Shown piece after piece: positions 1 to 11,282 of a stretch of DNA of 64,000 nt. The notes under the pieces are model-generated. The model was not told the DNA's origin and searched no databases. It was given only the letters and a program-made list of their open reading frames with translations. The stretch spans positions 1 to 64,000 of the forward strand of contig ML002229.1 of the NCBI GenBank assembly GCA_003614675.1, written 5' to 3'. A program made the position numbers and the translations under genes. Source of the DNA: Dimargaris cristalligena (Eukaryota). Each line of letters begins with the position of its first letter. Position 1 is the first letter of the stretch.

Positions 1-54
1 CCCATACACGTATATTGTAAAACCTTATACAGCTGGTTTGAATTTTACCCATAT
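1..54 (+). mobile_element. Partial copy (3' end, cut by window edge) of the 144-bp MITE-like element
   Basis: cccatacacgtatattgtaaaaccttatacagctggtttgaattttacccatat aligns by eye with the last 54 nt of the copies at 47197-47340 and 14218-14361. Confidence 0.8.
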
Positions 55-2610
55 TGTCGGTGAACTTTCGGTCCTAGACTAATTCATACTGCGGGCAGTT
101 GGTGTGGTGTGGTATCGGTCGGTGGAGAGTAGCTTGGTCAACGCTGTTGGGTGTAGATACATTGAATGGCAAGGGATAGTGATAAAGGTGGTGGTCGCCC
201 ATTGAGTTTATCCAACGCCGCCTCTGTTTCCCCACCATCTCTATTTCTCTTTCTAAGCCTACTGTACCTATAGCTTCCAGTGATGGACAAAAGTGTGAGG
301 TGAGGCTATTGAATCCGAGCTTTCTGCATAAACCGCTTACGTTATCAGAGATTGCCCAAGGCGAGAGGGAAGGGATCGGGGAGGAGACATTATTAGTTGG
401 TAAAAATAGCTTCATATACTAAAAAAATAGGGGCCGGTTGCCGTTGGTATCGCCCTGGGTCCCACCAACCATCGCCATCTATTCCCTGCAGGGTTCAGTC
501 CAATTAATCATGGGTAACTGCTTGGACCATATAGTTAGCCCCACCAAGTCCTTACTGTGTTGGGAAGGGGTGTTCAAACTGGCGAACAGTACAGTATAGA
601 ATGGGCGGTATAGTGTGCGATACGGAGCTTGTTTCCAATACGCACGGATGAATAGCCAGCCCGCCGGTGGATTCTCGATCGACGGTGTAGGGATTGCCCG
701 ATCATCTTGGCACGAATCCTCCCCAGCCTTGTTATCAGCTGTGAAGTAAGTGGGAGCTGGACGGCAACGATCATTTCGACACAGCTTCCTTTCCGCCACG
801 TCGGCAGGAGGGGGGGCCTATGGTAGACGGTGGCGGATTAGCCTCTGGCGGTGGGAAAGAAAGAATTGCGGCCGTCATTAAGGGGTTTTTGTGAAGGCAA
901 TGCGCCGGAACTGCCATGTGGTGTGTTTGGTGGCTGCTTCTACTGCGGGGCATTGCATGGTGGGCCGTATCCAGCTGAAACTCGTCTCCTTTGGGAGGGG
1001 GGCATGCTGATGTGCATTCGACAAGTTTGATAGTTGTGCCTAACTGCCGGCTACTTCGTTTTACATACTAACCCGTATTGCTTTGCTCGATGGTACTAGT
1101 CCGCTGCTGGAAGAGGGAGAGTGGTATTGTGTAAGGTGCATGGGACCACCGCCTTCCCATTAGATTTGGGCAGTGGATGTGGTGGTACAAGTCACGGCTT
1201 TGCATGCCCAGGAGGGTGTGGGTGGTACGGTACAAAGGCAGTAATTTCTCAGGGCATTTCCATGGGTATGTGATACGAGAGGGATGCGCGAGAGCGAAGG
1301 TTTCTTGGCTAGTCGTCGGCGGTGGTGGTGGACTTCACGGAGTGTGAAACCTTCGCTGGAGGGGGAGTTGTTATGTAGTTCATTAGTAGGGGTGGGATGG
1401 AAGAGGGAGGTTTCACTGGGCCATGGACAATTAGCCAGAGGCCCCGCATACTAAAATGGCCCAGGGAGAGGGATCGGGACCATATACCCTTTAGGAGAGG
1501 TGCAGCATCCCTTCTTCACCCAAATAGAAAATAGCCTTCCGTGGGTACACTATATACTACTACTACTATTATTATTATTATTGTCATCGCCTACTTCGCA
1601 ATATATGCGTCTTGGAAACCCCGCTGATATTATAACCTTGGCCGGCCCTCTTCACCCTTCTCCGTCTTATTCTTTACGTTCCACTCCATTCTTCCAGCTT
1701 CGCTTCTCTACTCTTCTTCCTGCTCTCTGTTTCCATTTCACTTCACTTCAGTTCCGTTCATTTCCTCGCACTTACCGGCTGAAGGTTCTCGGTTTAGCTC
1801 GTTTACGGCCGATACCCGTGCGTCTATTATACACACGCTAGTTAGACGACTGCGGGACGAAGTACCCCCCCCCTGTTCTCGGCCCATTGGACCAAGCCCG
1901 CTCGAAGAACTTGTTCATTCGTTCCTTATCTATCTACCCTTCCGCTGGCGTAATCGGCTCACACTGGAGTGTGCGGCCCGGCCTTTCCTAGTCTATTGAT
2001 TATATACTACTATTACAATATTATACTACGCCAAGCGTCCGTCGCCTCCTCCTTGACAACCAAGGGCTAGTGGTGTTGCCTTATTGTCTACCCCCCCTGT
2101 CCCGCCCAGAATTCGGTGCCCGACCAGTATAACTTCTGTCACTCCCCTGACTTGAGTGGTTCACTCACCAGGCTGGCTGGACGTTTCTTATAGCCGACTA
2201 CTACTGCTACTCGTGCCGCTAATAGCCCTCACTGTGTTATATACACTACACTCCCCCATTTCCCCTATTTTATCCCACCCGTCTTTGTTCACTCGGCCTG
2301 TGCCCTATTTTTTCCTTCTCGGGCTGCTAAGCCGTTGGCCGCTTTTTTCACTCTCCTATTATTAGTTCTTTCTATATTAGTCTTGTTCTCATCTCAACTT
2401 CTCGGTTGACTCCAAACCCCGCTAGCCTTTTCCTTGGATAGTCTCTATTTGACGTCCGTTTTAGTTGACCCCGTCTCATTCCGCCCCTCCTCTGGGTAGC
2501 ATTCCGGTGGGTTCTCCCCCCTCCCCCGCTTCCATTTGCTAACTTCTGGCCCTTTAACGACCCATCTACTTTAGCCTTCGCCCCCCTTCTTGTTTCCTTT
2601 CTTTTTGCCC

Positions 2611-4941
2611 ATGGCCTCCCAACGCCCCATCTCGGACTCGTTCCATCTGGGCTCCGACCTCCTGTCATCGGGACCTAACCCGTCCATGGCCAACCAGGCC
2701 AATATGTTTGGCGGCATCGGGCTCCACCATCACCCACACCACCACTCCCACCAGACCAACCGGCCTGCCTCCGAAGTCTACTTGCAGAGTATGGCCCCCC
2801 GGGTTTCCGAAACCGAGGTTATTGACCGTTGGGTGGAGGACCTGAACCACTTTGAGAAGATTATCGACGACATGGCCGCCATCAGTCTCGAGCCTTCGTT
2901 CAAGGATGAACTCAACGCCATTGAACAGTGGTTTGTGGTACTGTCCGAAGCGGAGCGGACCACCGCCCTCTACTCCCTTCTCCAGAAGTCCTCCCCCGTC
3001 CAGGTCCGCTTCTTCATGACCGTGCTGCAGCAAATGGCCCAGTCGGATCCCATGAACGCCATCCTGACCTCAGGTCCCGGGGAAGACAAGGATGGGCCCG
3101 TCAAGGGCCGCCGTCTGTTCGACCGCCACTCCGTTACCCTGGGGGGCACGACCACTTTCGGGGAGACCCAGCCCCGCCTGGGGGGCGGTGGATCCTCCGC
3201 CAATCTAGTGGGCATGACCAAGAACCTGGGCCTTAACCCGGCCGTCTCCATTCCCAGCTCGACCTCCCTCTACCCTAGCGGTAACCGTGGCAAGGTGGAT
3301 GGCGTCGGTTCCACCGACCCCGCCGGCGGGGCCTTTTCCAACCGGTGGTCTCTCTCTGGCCTGAGTGGCGGTAACAACAGTACCACCAGCACTAACGCCA
3401 CCCCCTCCCCCCATACCACCGGTGTCGATTCATTCGGCCGGCCCACCAACAGTCGGCCTTCGTCCTTGATGGGGTCCGACCCCCTGGCCATGTCCATGTG
3501 GCGTAACCACCGGGACCTGGCGACCGGATTGGACGGTAGCGGTAGTCTCACCAACAACGGGCACCCCCTGGGCAAATCCACCAGCCTGCACGTCAAGTCC
3601 GAGCGTCCCGGATCGGCACTAAGCGGCGACATTGGCTCCCTGTCCAGCAGCCACTGGGGGTTCGGCTCGTCCAACAACTTGACGGGACTCAAGGGTGATT
3701 CATCGGGTTCGGGAACTACTGTAGAGCGCCCCAAGTCAGCCACCGACCTGGACCTGATCCCGGACTGGCGCGCTGTACACCACCCCATCACCTCCCAATC
3801 AAGACTGCAGTCCAACCTGCCGGAAATTAAATCATCCCTGCGTCAGCCGTTGATCGGCCAGCCCAGCCCCACCGTCGACGGATCCATGCCCTCTCCCACT
3901 GCTGGCCCGAATGGCCAGGGCAACGGAAGCTTGGCCGCCCGTCGATTGGGCGCCCACAAGTTTTCGGTGGCGGTATACGATAACCCAACGGACGCACCTG
4001 GTATGGCCGCCGCACTCAAATCACCATTAAAATCCCCTTTATTCGCAGCCGGTCTCAAGGGGGCCCGGCCCACCAGCTCGCGGCCCACGACTCCATCTGT
4101 GCCACCGGGTTTCTACCCGCCCCACTCCCCCTGGGGTCCTAACAGCCACAATGGCGGGGATATGAAGCCCCCGCTTACCCCCAATTCCCTGCGCAACCCG
4201 GCCATCGGCATCCCTACCGTAGATGGCTTTGTGCACTACCCCAGCCACCTCGGCCACCACCCCTCGCAGGCCGGTGCTTACCCGCACCCCCATGCCCATT
4301 ATGGCCACCACCCCCAGCAACAGCCTCCGGCGCATAGCCACCACCGCGGCCTCAATTCGCCGGTGCGGGCCAAGTTTGGATTTATGAACCACCACGCAGC
4401 GGGAGGACCTCCGGGATCGGTCCCGAATTCGGCTCACACCAGTCCCAGTCTAGCCGCCAAGGTTAACCGGGGGCCAGAGCCATTGGATCCCCAATTGCTT
4501 GAGGATGTGCCCGCCTGGCTTCGTTCCCTCCGCCTCCACAAGTACACCACCTGTTTCGAAGGGCTGGACTGGAAGACCATGCTCGAAATGACCGATGAGG
4601 ACTTGACCAACCGTGGCGTGGCCGCTCTAGGGGCCCGGCGTAAAATGCTCAAGGTCTTCGAAACCGTGCGTCAAGAACTCGAGGGTAAGGGCCTTGTGCC
4701 GCCCAAAGGAGCCGTGGATGGAGGGGATACGACATCCGCTGATGCCGATATGGCTCTCACTAGTTCGACTGCTGCTGCCGTTCGGGTAGGTGCGGTTAGT
4801 CTCGAGTCCGATGACAGCCAAGCGGGATCGTCGACCGGATCGGCCGCCTCCTCTCCGCCCCAACCGGTGGCTAGTCAACTGGGGGAGCGGGACCCGTCGG
4901 CCATCGCCAAGAGCGGTGGTCCTTCGCCATCTGCCATGTAA
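2611..4941 (+). CDS. VTS1: Vts1/Smaug-family SAM-domain RNA-binding protein
   Basis: Single long ORF, first ATG at 2611. N-terminal Vts1 motif (ELNAIEQWFVVLSEAERTTALYSLLQ..QVRFF) and C-terminal SAM domain (DVPAWLRSLRLHKY...GVAALGARRKMLKVFE), joined by a long low-complexity region. Confidence 0.93.
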   Translation: MASQRPISDSFHLGSDLLSSGPNPSMANQANMFGGIGLHHHPHHHSHQTNRPASEVYLQSMAPRVSETEVIDRWVEDLNHFEKIIDDMAAISLEPSFKDELNAIEQWFVVLSEAERTTALYSLLQKSSPVQVRFFMTVLQQMAQSDPMNAILTSGPGEDKDGPVKGRRLFDRHSVTLGGTTTFGETQPRLGGGGSSANLVGMTKNLGLNPAVSIPSSTSLYPSGNRGKVDGVGSTDPAGGAFSNRWSLSGLSGGNNSTTSTNATPSPHTTGVDSFGRPTNSRPSSLMGSDPLAMSMWRNHRDLATGLDGSGSLTNNGHPLGKSTSLHVKSERPGSALSGDIGSLSSSHWGFGSSNNLTGLKGDSSGSGTTVERPKSATDLDLIPDWRAVHHPITSQSRLQSNLPEIKSSLRQPLIGQPSPTVDGSMPSPTAGPNGQGNGSLAARRLGAHKFSVAVYDNPTDAPGMAAALKSPLKSPLFAAGLKGARPTSSRPTTPSVPPGFYPPHSPWGPNSHNGGDMKPPLTPNSLRNPAIGIPTVDGFVHYPSHLGHHPSQAGAYPHPHAHYGHHPQQQPPAHSHHRGLNSPVRAKFGFMNHHAAGGPPGSVPNSAHTSPSLAAKVNRGPEPLDPQLLEDVPAWLRSLRLHKYTTCFEGLDWKTMLEMTDEDLTNRGVAALGARRKMLKVFETVRQELEGKGLVPPKGAVDGGDTTSADADMALTSSTAAAVRVGAVSLESDDSQAGSSTGSAASSPPQPVASQLGERDPSAIAKSGGPSPSAM

Positions 4942-6131
4942 AAACCCGGGGTTTTACTTGAGCTACCCATTCCGAAGACCCTTCGTTATATTTACGTTAC
5001 CTCCCTGTTATACGATAGTCCCAGACTCGACTAGCTCACGTATATTTTTTAACAGTGGGTGGTTCGCTTGGAATCAGTTTTTGCTTTCTACTTTTGAAAA
5101 AATCTACTACCCAAGTATACATATATTTACACATTTACCTCGCCTTGATCGGTGCTAAATGGATTATATCTTCACTTATATCAATTTGGGGGTAGATGAC
5201 TAAAAGCTAGCTATGCTACTTCTTCTCCCCCTGCACATTACCAAAGGCCGGCCTATCATCAATTTGATTATTTACACGAGGAGGTTGTGGAGTACGGCCT
5301 GACTTCTCCGCCACCCCCCCCCCGAATCCACCTTTTTGATACCATCGGTATATAGTTGTCACTATCCGTTACTGACATCCTACCTCTCTTGGCGGTGTTA
5401 TTATTGGATTTATTATCTGCTGTTGGCCGTTGACCGCAACTGTCCCTTACTTCTTTTGCTTTTCTCATTTATATATATATATATATATATGGCATTTAGA
5501 TCAATAAGTCTTTTGCCATACACTGTTCTTCGGGAAATCATTCTAGGGTGGAATGTAGTTTGATACGAGTTTGGACTGAATTTTCGGGCGTTAATGATGG
5601 TAAGAACCACAGAGGCATAACCAAAAGCAGCTAACCTGCCTTCACATTTAAGTTGTTTAAGCCCTGCAAGGAAAACTCAGGAAACGTAATCATGGCGTTG
5701 GGTTGTTTTACGGTGGACATACCTTTTAGCTTATAGGGTTTAGTAGTTGTTTGATTAACATGTAATGGCTTAGGATAGGAGTTGTATTAGTAGTTCCTTG
5801 TGACCACCAGCCCAAAAATATCCATCATTATATTTTGATTTGAATATTGCCTGGCCATTCGAAAATAGCCGTTAAACCTCGCCTTGATTCACTGTTATGC
5901 TCATTATTATTGGTTAGTTTTATGCAGGTTCCTTGGGCTTCTTTCCCTCTATATACACTCCTCACACCACACCATACCTCCCTTTACTTTACACATACTA
6001 CTCTACACCTCTCTGTTTCATTTCAGCTCATTTTTCTTCTAGCCCATTTGCCTTTGATACCTCTACGGCCTTTAAGATCCCTCCACCCCTCATTACCCCT
6101 ATATTTCCCTTTCAGTTAATTCATTGCAACC

Positions 6132-6164
6132 CACACACACACACACACACACACTCTCTCTCTC
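6132..6164. repeat. Compound (CA)n(CT)n microsatellite in the CHORD gene 5' leader
   Basis: cacacacacacacacacacacactctctctctc read directly. Confidence 0.9.
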
Positions 6165-6197
6165 TTTCTTTCTCTCCCCCCCTTACTCACCACCACC

Positions 6198-7316
6198 ATG
6201 CCCAAGTGCACACAGCGCGGTTGCCTCCAGCCCGAGTTCGATTCAGCATCTAATGGACCCACCGCTTGTCAGTTCCATCCCGGTAAACCCGTGTTCCATG
6301 AGGGGCTCAAGGGCTGGTCGTGCTGTAGCAAACGGGTAGTGGACTTCGATGACTTCATGACCCTACCCGGTTGTACCCGCGGATACCACAGCGAAGCCCA
6401 AGCCGAGACCGTCCAGTTCGGTGATACCACTACTCCTGTGGACGACGCTGACCTTCAAAGGGGGGGAGGAGGAGGAGGAGCTGCTGCTGCTGCCGCCCCC
6501 TCGACTGATAACAACAACAACAACAACAGCTACCCGCAGCAGCCGACCACGGTCGCTGCCGTTGCCACCAAGACCGAGGCCGAGGCGGCGGCGGTGGCGG
6601 TAGAAACCGATAAAAAAGAAACTAACAAGACAGCGGAGGAGGAACAGGACCCCGTTGATGCCATTATTACATCGGGTACCCCGTGTCGCCACCGCGGCTG
6701 CAATTACCAGTTTGAATCCGATGCCCAGTCGCGCGATTATCCTTCGTCCCCCGCGGCCCACTGTCACTACCATCCCGGTGCCCCGATCTTCCACGAAGGT
6801 TCCAAGGGCTGGAGTTGCTGTAAACGCCGGGTCTTGGAATTTGATGAGTTTATCAAGATTGCCGGCTGTCGGGAGGGTCCCCACCGGTTTACGGCCGAAA
6901 CTACGACGGCCTCCCCTGACCCTACCAGCACCAACAATGGCCAAGGTGAGGGTGAGGGCACCCCCGTCGACTGCCGGCGCGATTGGTACCAAACCCCCAC
7001 CCAAGTGATTGTCTCCATTTTCGCCAAAAATGTGGTCCGGGAGCGGAGTTCCATCAAGTTTAATACGCAAAGCATCGATATCCACCTGGTATTGCCCCGC
7101 GACCAAGTGTATCGCACCACCCTGTTGCTGGCCTTCCCGATCCACCCCGACCAATCCACTTTCGAATTCTTATCCACTAAAGTGGAACTCACCCTGCAGA
7201 AGACTAACGGCATCTCGTGGGGCAGCCTCGAACCGTCTGCTAATTTGACCTCGTGGACGACGTTCGGCCAAGGTGACTCGCCTTTGAATGTCGCCAACGG
7301 AAACCGTCTGAACTAG
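6198..7316 (+). CDS. CHORD-CHORD-CS domain Hsp90 co-chaperone (CHORDC1/Chp-1/Morgana-like)
   Basis: Two CHORD repeats (C.FHPGKPVFHEGLKGWSCC; C.YHPGAPIFHEGSKGWSCC) followed by a CS domain (CRRDWYQTPTQVIVSIFAK...STKVELTLQK). Intronless. Confidence 0.93.
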   Translation: MPKCTQRGCLQPEFDSASNGPTACQFHPGKPVFHEGLKGWSCCSKRVVDFDDFMTLPGCTRGYHSEAQAETVQFGDTTTPVDDADLQRGGGGGGAAAAAAPSTDNNNNNNSYPQQPTTVAAVATKTEAEAAAVAVETDKKETNKTAEEEQDPVDAIITSGTPCRHRGCNYQFESDAQSRDYPSSPAAHCHYHPGAPIFHEGSKGWSCCKRRVLEFDEFIKIAGCREGPHRFTAETTTASPDPTSTNNGQGEGEGTPVDCRRDWYQTPTQVIVSIFAKNVVRERSSIKFNTQSIDIHLVLPRDQVYRTTLLLAFPIHPDQSTFEFLSTKVELTLQKTNGISWGSLEPSANLTSWTTFGQGDSPLNVANGNRLN

Positions 7317-7891
7317 AGAAGAACGGAGAGAGAGAGAGAGAGAGACGGCTGGTCAGGCAGAAACTATTATTATTAAAATAGGCGTTGAATCTACTGGTAC
7401 ATTCTCCCCTTCCCTTCCCTTCTTTTCCTTTAACTAGTTAGTTAACCCCCGATTCAATTTTGAGCTGCCATTCTGAAGCCGCTAGTTTCCTTACTTTGCC
7501 TTTGTTTTCCTTTACCCCCTAACCTAACCGTCTGACCATAGCCATGCTTTCTCTTGAGCAAGACCATTTTTAATTTATACGCCTTTTTTTTATTACTCTA
7601 ACGTTGATTACTCCCACCTCCTCCTCATACCAGTATTAAATTGTTTTTAATCCACCAACGACTTTAGTTTTGGGAATTTAGTGATCAAAATTTCAATCGA
7701 CATTTTCTACTTGAGGTAAGATCCAGGGGGATCAGGACATTTATTATTAGTATAACTCACATGCGAGGATAAAAGCTGCACGTATCCATCCCCATTGATT
7801 TTGCTGGAAAAAAATACCACTCTATTCCGAGAAAGCAGGGCATGTGGGGGAGGGGGATTTCTGTTGATTTTTATAGGGGGGTGTATATTTT

Positions 7892-9468
7892 CTATCCACT
7901 CAGTGCTTGCAGCCACTCATGAGCAATGGTCCCCAATTGCTTGGTAGATTCGGCGGACTTGGCATCCGCTTTTTTGGTCGCAAGACTATATATCTCGGTA
8001 ATCCTTTCCGTGGCTAGAAGGTCCAGTTGGTCCAGGGTAGTATTTGACGAGCCCGAGCTTCGCAAATGGGCAAGACACTAATAAAACCCCCACAATAAAG
8101 GCATATTCCCGATCATATAATAATGAAACAGGGGGGTTATCGAGTAATTAAACCAAAAAACCAAAACAAAATAAATAAAAAAACAACGGTGAATAAATAA
8201 GTGATTAGAGAACAGAGTGGGGGATGTATCAAATTAAAACCAAGTGGAAGGCCCCAGAGTCTCGGGCAAGTCCATCCTTAAAATATTAATTTCGCGCGAC
8301 TGTGGTCACCGCGTACTCTCTCATATATATCCCTTAACTTACCAATTTAATGCCGTAAAGACCCCGCAGGTAATCGGTGCAGAGCTCAATGGCGCGACAA
8401 AAGTATTTGAGCGCAATGTCGTAATTCGTGAGTGTATACTGGATTTCGGCGTATTTTTGGTTGTAAATATGGTTGCGCGGTTGGAGCATAATGACTTCCT
8501 CGACACAGAAGGCGGCCTGTTCCAACCTATTTGAGCGAATTTGGGCAGCGCCAATGCAATAGTAATAACAGCAGCAGCCGTGGCGAAGGAGGGGGGCATG
8601 AGTAAGACACGTTTGATGCGGTTGAACCAGTCAGAAAGGAATAAACATTTTTAAGGGGCTTTTATACTAAGTGAGGCAAATGCAATAATGTATCATTTTC
8701 ACCAACCGCCGTGATTGCCGGAACAAGGGCTACTTACATGTTTTGGTGAATATACAGTTCGCATAGTTCGAGCCAGGCCTCGTGATCATTGGCCTGATTC
8801 CCCAGGTACTTATTGAGCTGCGCGGTAGCATCGCCCATCCGGCCCTGGGCCTTGGCGACGGCGATTTTGCGCTTGGAGGCGAACTATACGGTAGTTAAAA
8901 ACAAACGCGGTAATCAGTCACAGGTAGAGTTAGCGGACGAAAAGTGAGTGGGGGGGCATCTATTGTTATACAAATGACAAAATCAAGTCCTAGAATTTAA
9001 GGCTTATTCTGTCTGATTTAGCCCATTTATCCCATCCCGTTCTCTGCTTTTAATAAAAATTGATTCCCTTTGACTTACTATGTTAGTTTCATTATCGGCC
9101 AGAATTTTGTTATAAATTAGGTCGGCATCCTTGTACTGGCCCTGGGCCTCGAGTAATAGACCGGCCAAGACGTCGACCCGGTCGGAGCGGACAAATTGTT
9201 TGCGGAGGGTGGTCAAGAGCGTGTTGGCGAATTCCCAATCGCGTACATCCAGAGCGGCGGTGAACACCTGCTCGGTGATGAGCCAGTAGCTGGGCTGGGC
9301 GGATACTAAACCCCCTCGACCTCCAAACAGGCCATGACCACTGGAATGGCCGGTATATTCGAGGAAGAACCACCGACCGAGTTGACATACTTCAACGGGA
9401 CGGCGTTCACCGGACTGACGGAGGTCGGCTAAACGAGTCGTGACCTGGTCTAATGTATATTGGGGCAT
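7892..9468 (-). CDS. EMC2: ER membrane protein complex subunit 2 (TPR protein), 4 exons: ~9468-9079, 8883-8738, 8526-8343, 8077-7892
   Basis: Spliced product has WLITEQVFTAALD, SDRVDVLAGLLLEAQG, DNETNI|FASKRKIAVAKAQG, NDHEAWLELCELY, AAFCVEE and ALKYFCRAIELCTDYLRGLYGIKL. GT-AG junctions keep the frame. Confidence 0.88.
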
Positions 9469-11282
9469 GGTGACAGCGACGATGGTGGTAAAGGGGGGGA
9501 GGGGTTAATGGGGGATTTTAGCGTGAGCTGTTTTGTCCGGTGGGGTAAGAAAACGAATAGTAATAATAACAATACTGACAATGTGGTATGTATATAGATA
9601 AAACGAAGTAGGTTCAAGTAAATCAGCAAGGTCAACTGGGAAAGAGAACCAATGGGGATGATGGGCATGCGGGGAGGTGCATTCGTGGACCCTAAGCCCT
9701 TGTGGCAGTACCTCTCTGCCTAATCTACCGGTTTGGAGGGCGATTTCTGAGTTTCGGGTACCTGGAGCTTCTAGACTTGTTTTTCACCGCTTGCCAGCTA
9801 TTAGATAAAGGTTGGTAAACCTTCTCCCCCCTTTTAGTAGGGGAATTAAGTGCCTTGAAGACATCGCCACTCTACTATCTGTAGGACCGAGTCCGGGTCC
9901 CCTCAAACACCTCTCCACAGGCGCGCGTTAGTGGAGCCGCGGCCGGAATAGAGTGGGCCCGGAGACCCAGCTATGTAGAGTAGTATCCCGTCTTTAACTA
10001 TAGATGCTGACAATTTATTGACGCTGGTTTAGGTTGTCCTGGGCTGTGGTACCAAGCAGTGTGTTATCCCAACCCACCTTAGTTATATTGGACCTGGCAC
10101 TGTATTCCCCTAGGGCAGTATGGCTTGTATCTATCTAGCCAGCACCACAGGATACCACCCCCGCTTTCACGGTAAAATAAAAAATTGCTTCTCCGCCTCT
10201 ATTGCGGGTAAGCCGTATTGGTATGATTGCCCATTGCGTAGTCCATTGGTGCGCACGGAGCCGTATAGAGAGAGAGAGGAGGATTCGTAACTCTAATCCT
10301 ACGGGGATATATGGGTGTTCCACGGACTCCTCGTAATGCATCCCCTCCCCAAAACAATTGGGAGGAGGGACTTATGAGATGGGTGGGACCTAAGCCATTG
10401 GCGTAAAGGGAAGATGCGGTATGTTTCATAAGAGGGAGGTGCAATGAAGTTGAAGTGGCGACGGTCGGTGACCCGCGTCCCCACAGTCTTTGGGCACGGG
10501 TCCCCGCGGCGATGGACCGTATATGGGCTGCGCGGGCTTACAACCAAAAAAGCTATTATTAACCATAGCCATCGTTGGTTAAATCCGAGGAAAACCAGCG
10601 AGTGGCGACGATGACGAGACGATACCCCCTGCCATTCCTATAGTTGGCGCAGATATAAGCAGTATGGGTTTGACCGTGTGTCGTCGTACCTTATAGAGAG
10701 AGAGAGAGTCGGAATCATGATACCCGAAATGAGTGGCGCGTTATATGATTAGCAGCAACTCGTTTTTCGATTTCGGAGTACAGCTGGTCGGTCGGCCAAC
10801 AACCCTTCCTTGCCTCTAGTCATTGGCTTCTCGAGTGCCTCTTGGACGACCTTTGTTTCACCTATTCGTGTTCTCTACTCTATTTACATAGAGAGGAGGA
10901 GGTGTGTGGTTCTTCGGTTCGTTCGATTCTCTCCTACGCGCGCCTTGCCTAGGCAGCCTATTATAATAGGGGGGCCTCTCACCACTGCAACCAGCCCAAA
11001 TTCCGGCCATTGGGTCAAGCATGCCTTTCTGTATCACCAACATTTGGTTTTCCCCTTTGCGTCTTTCCTGTCAGCGTATCCTTTATATGTCCCCCTCGAT
11101 ATGCCTCCCCAGGTTACCCATCTGTGTTTTTCTCTATATTATCCCTTCTTTCCCCTCCCGCCTCTGTTAACTCAATAGACTGCCCCTTTTTTCTCCATTT
11201 TTATTTATTAAAAAACCATATTCGTATCATTTTTAGATGTTTAGTAGCCATATAGACATAGGGAGCTGTTGACCATCTCACA

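Noticed and set aside
6363..7154. Long antisense and alternate-frame ORFs overlapping real genes (also 3270-3815, 11545-12153, 31496-32173, 52930-53541)
   Set aside because: Shadow ORFs produced by GC3-rich codon usage of the true genes; no recognisable domains.
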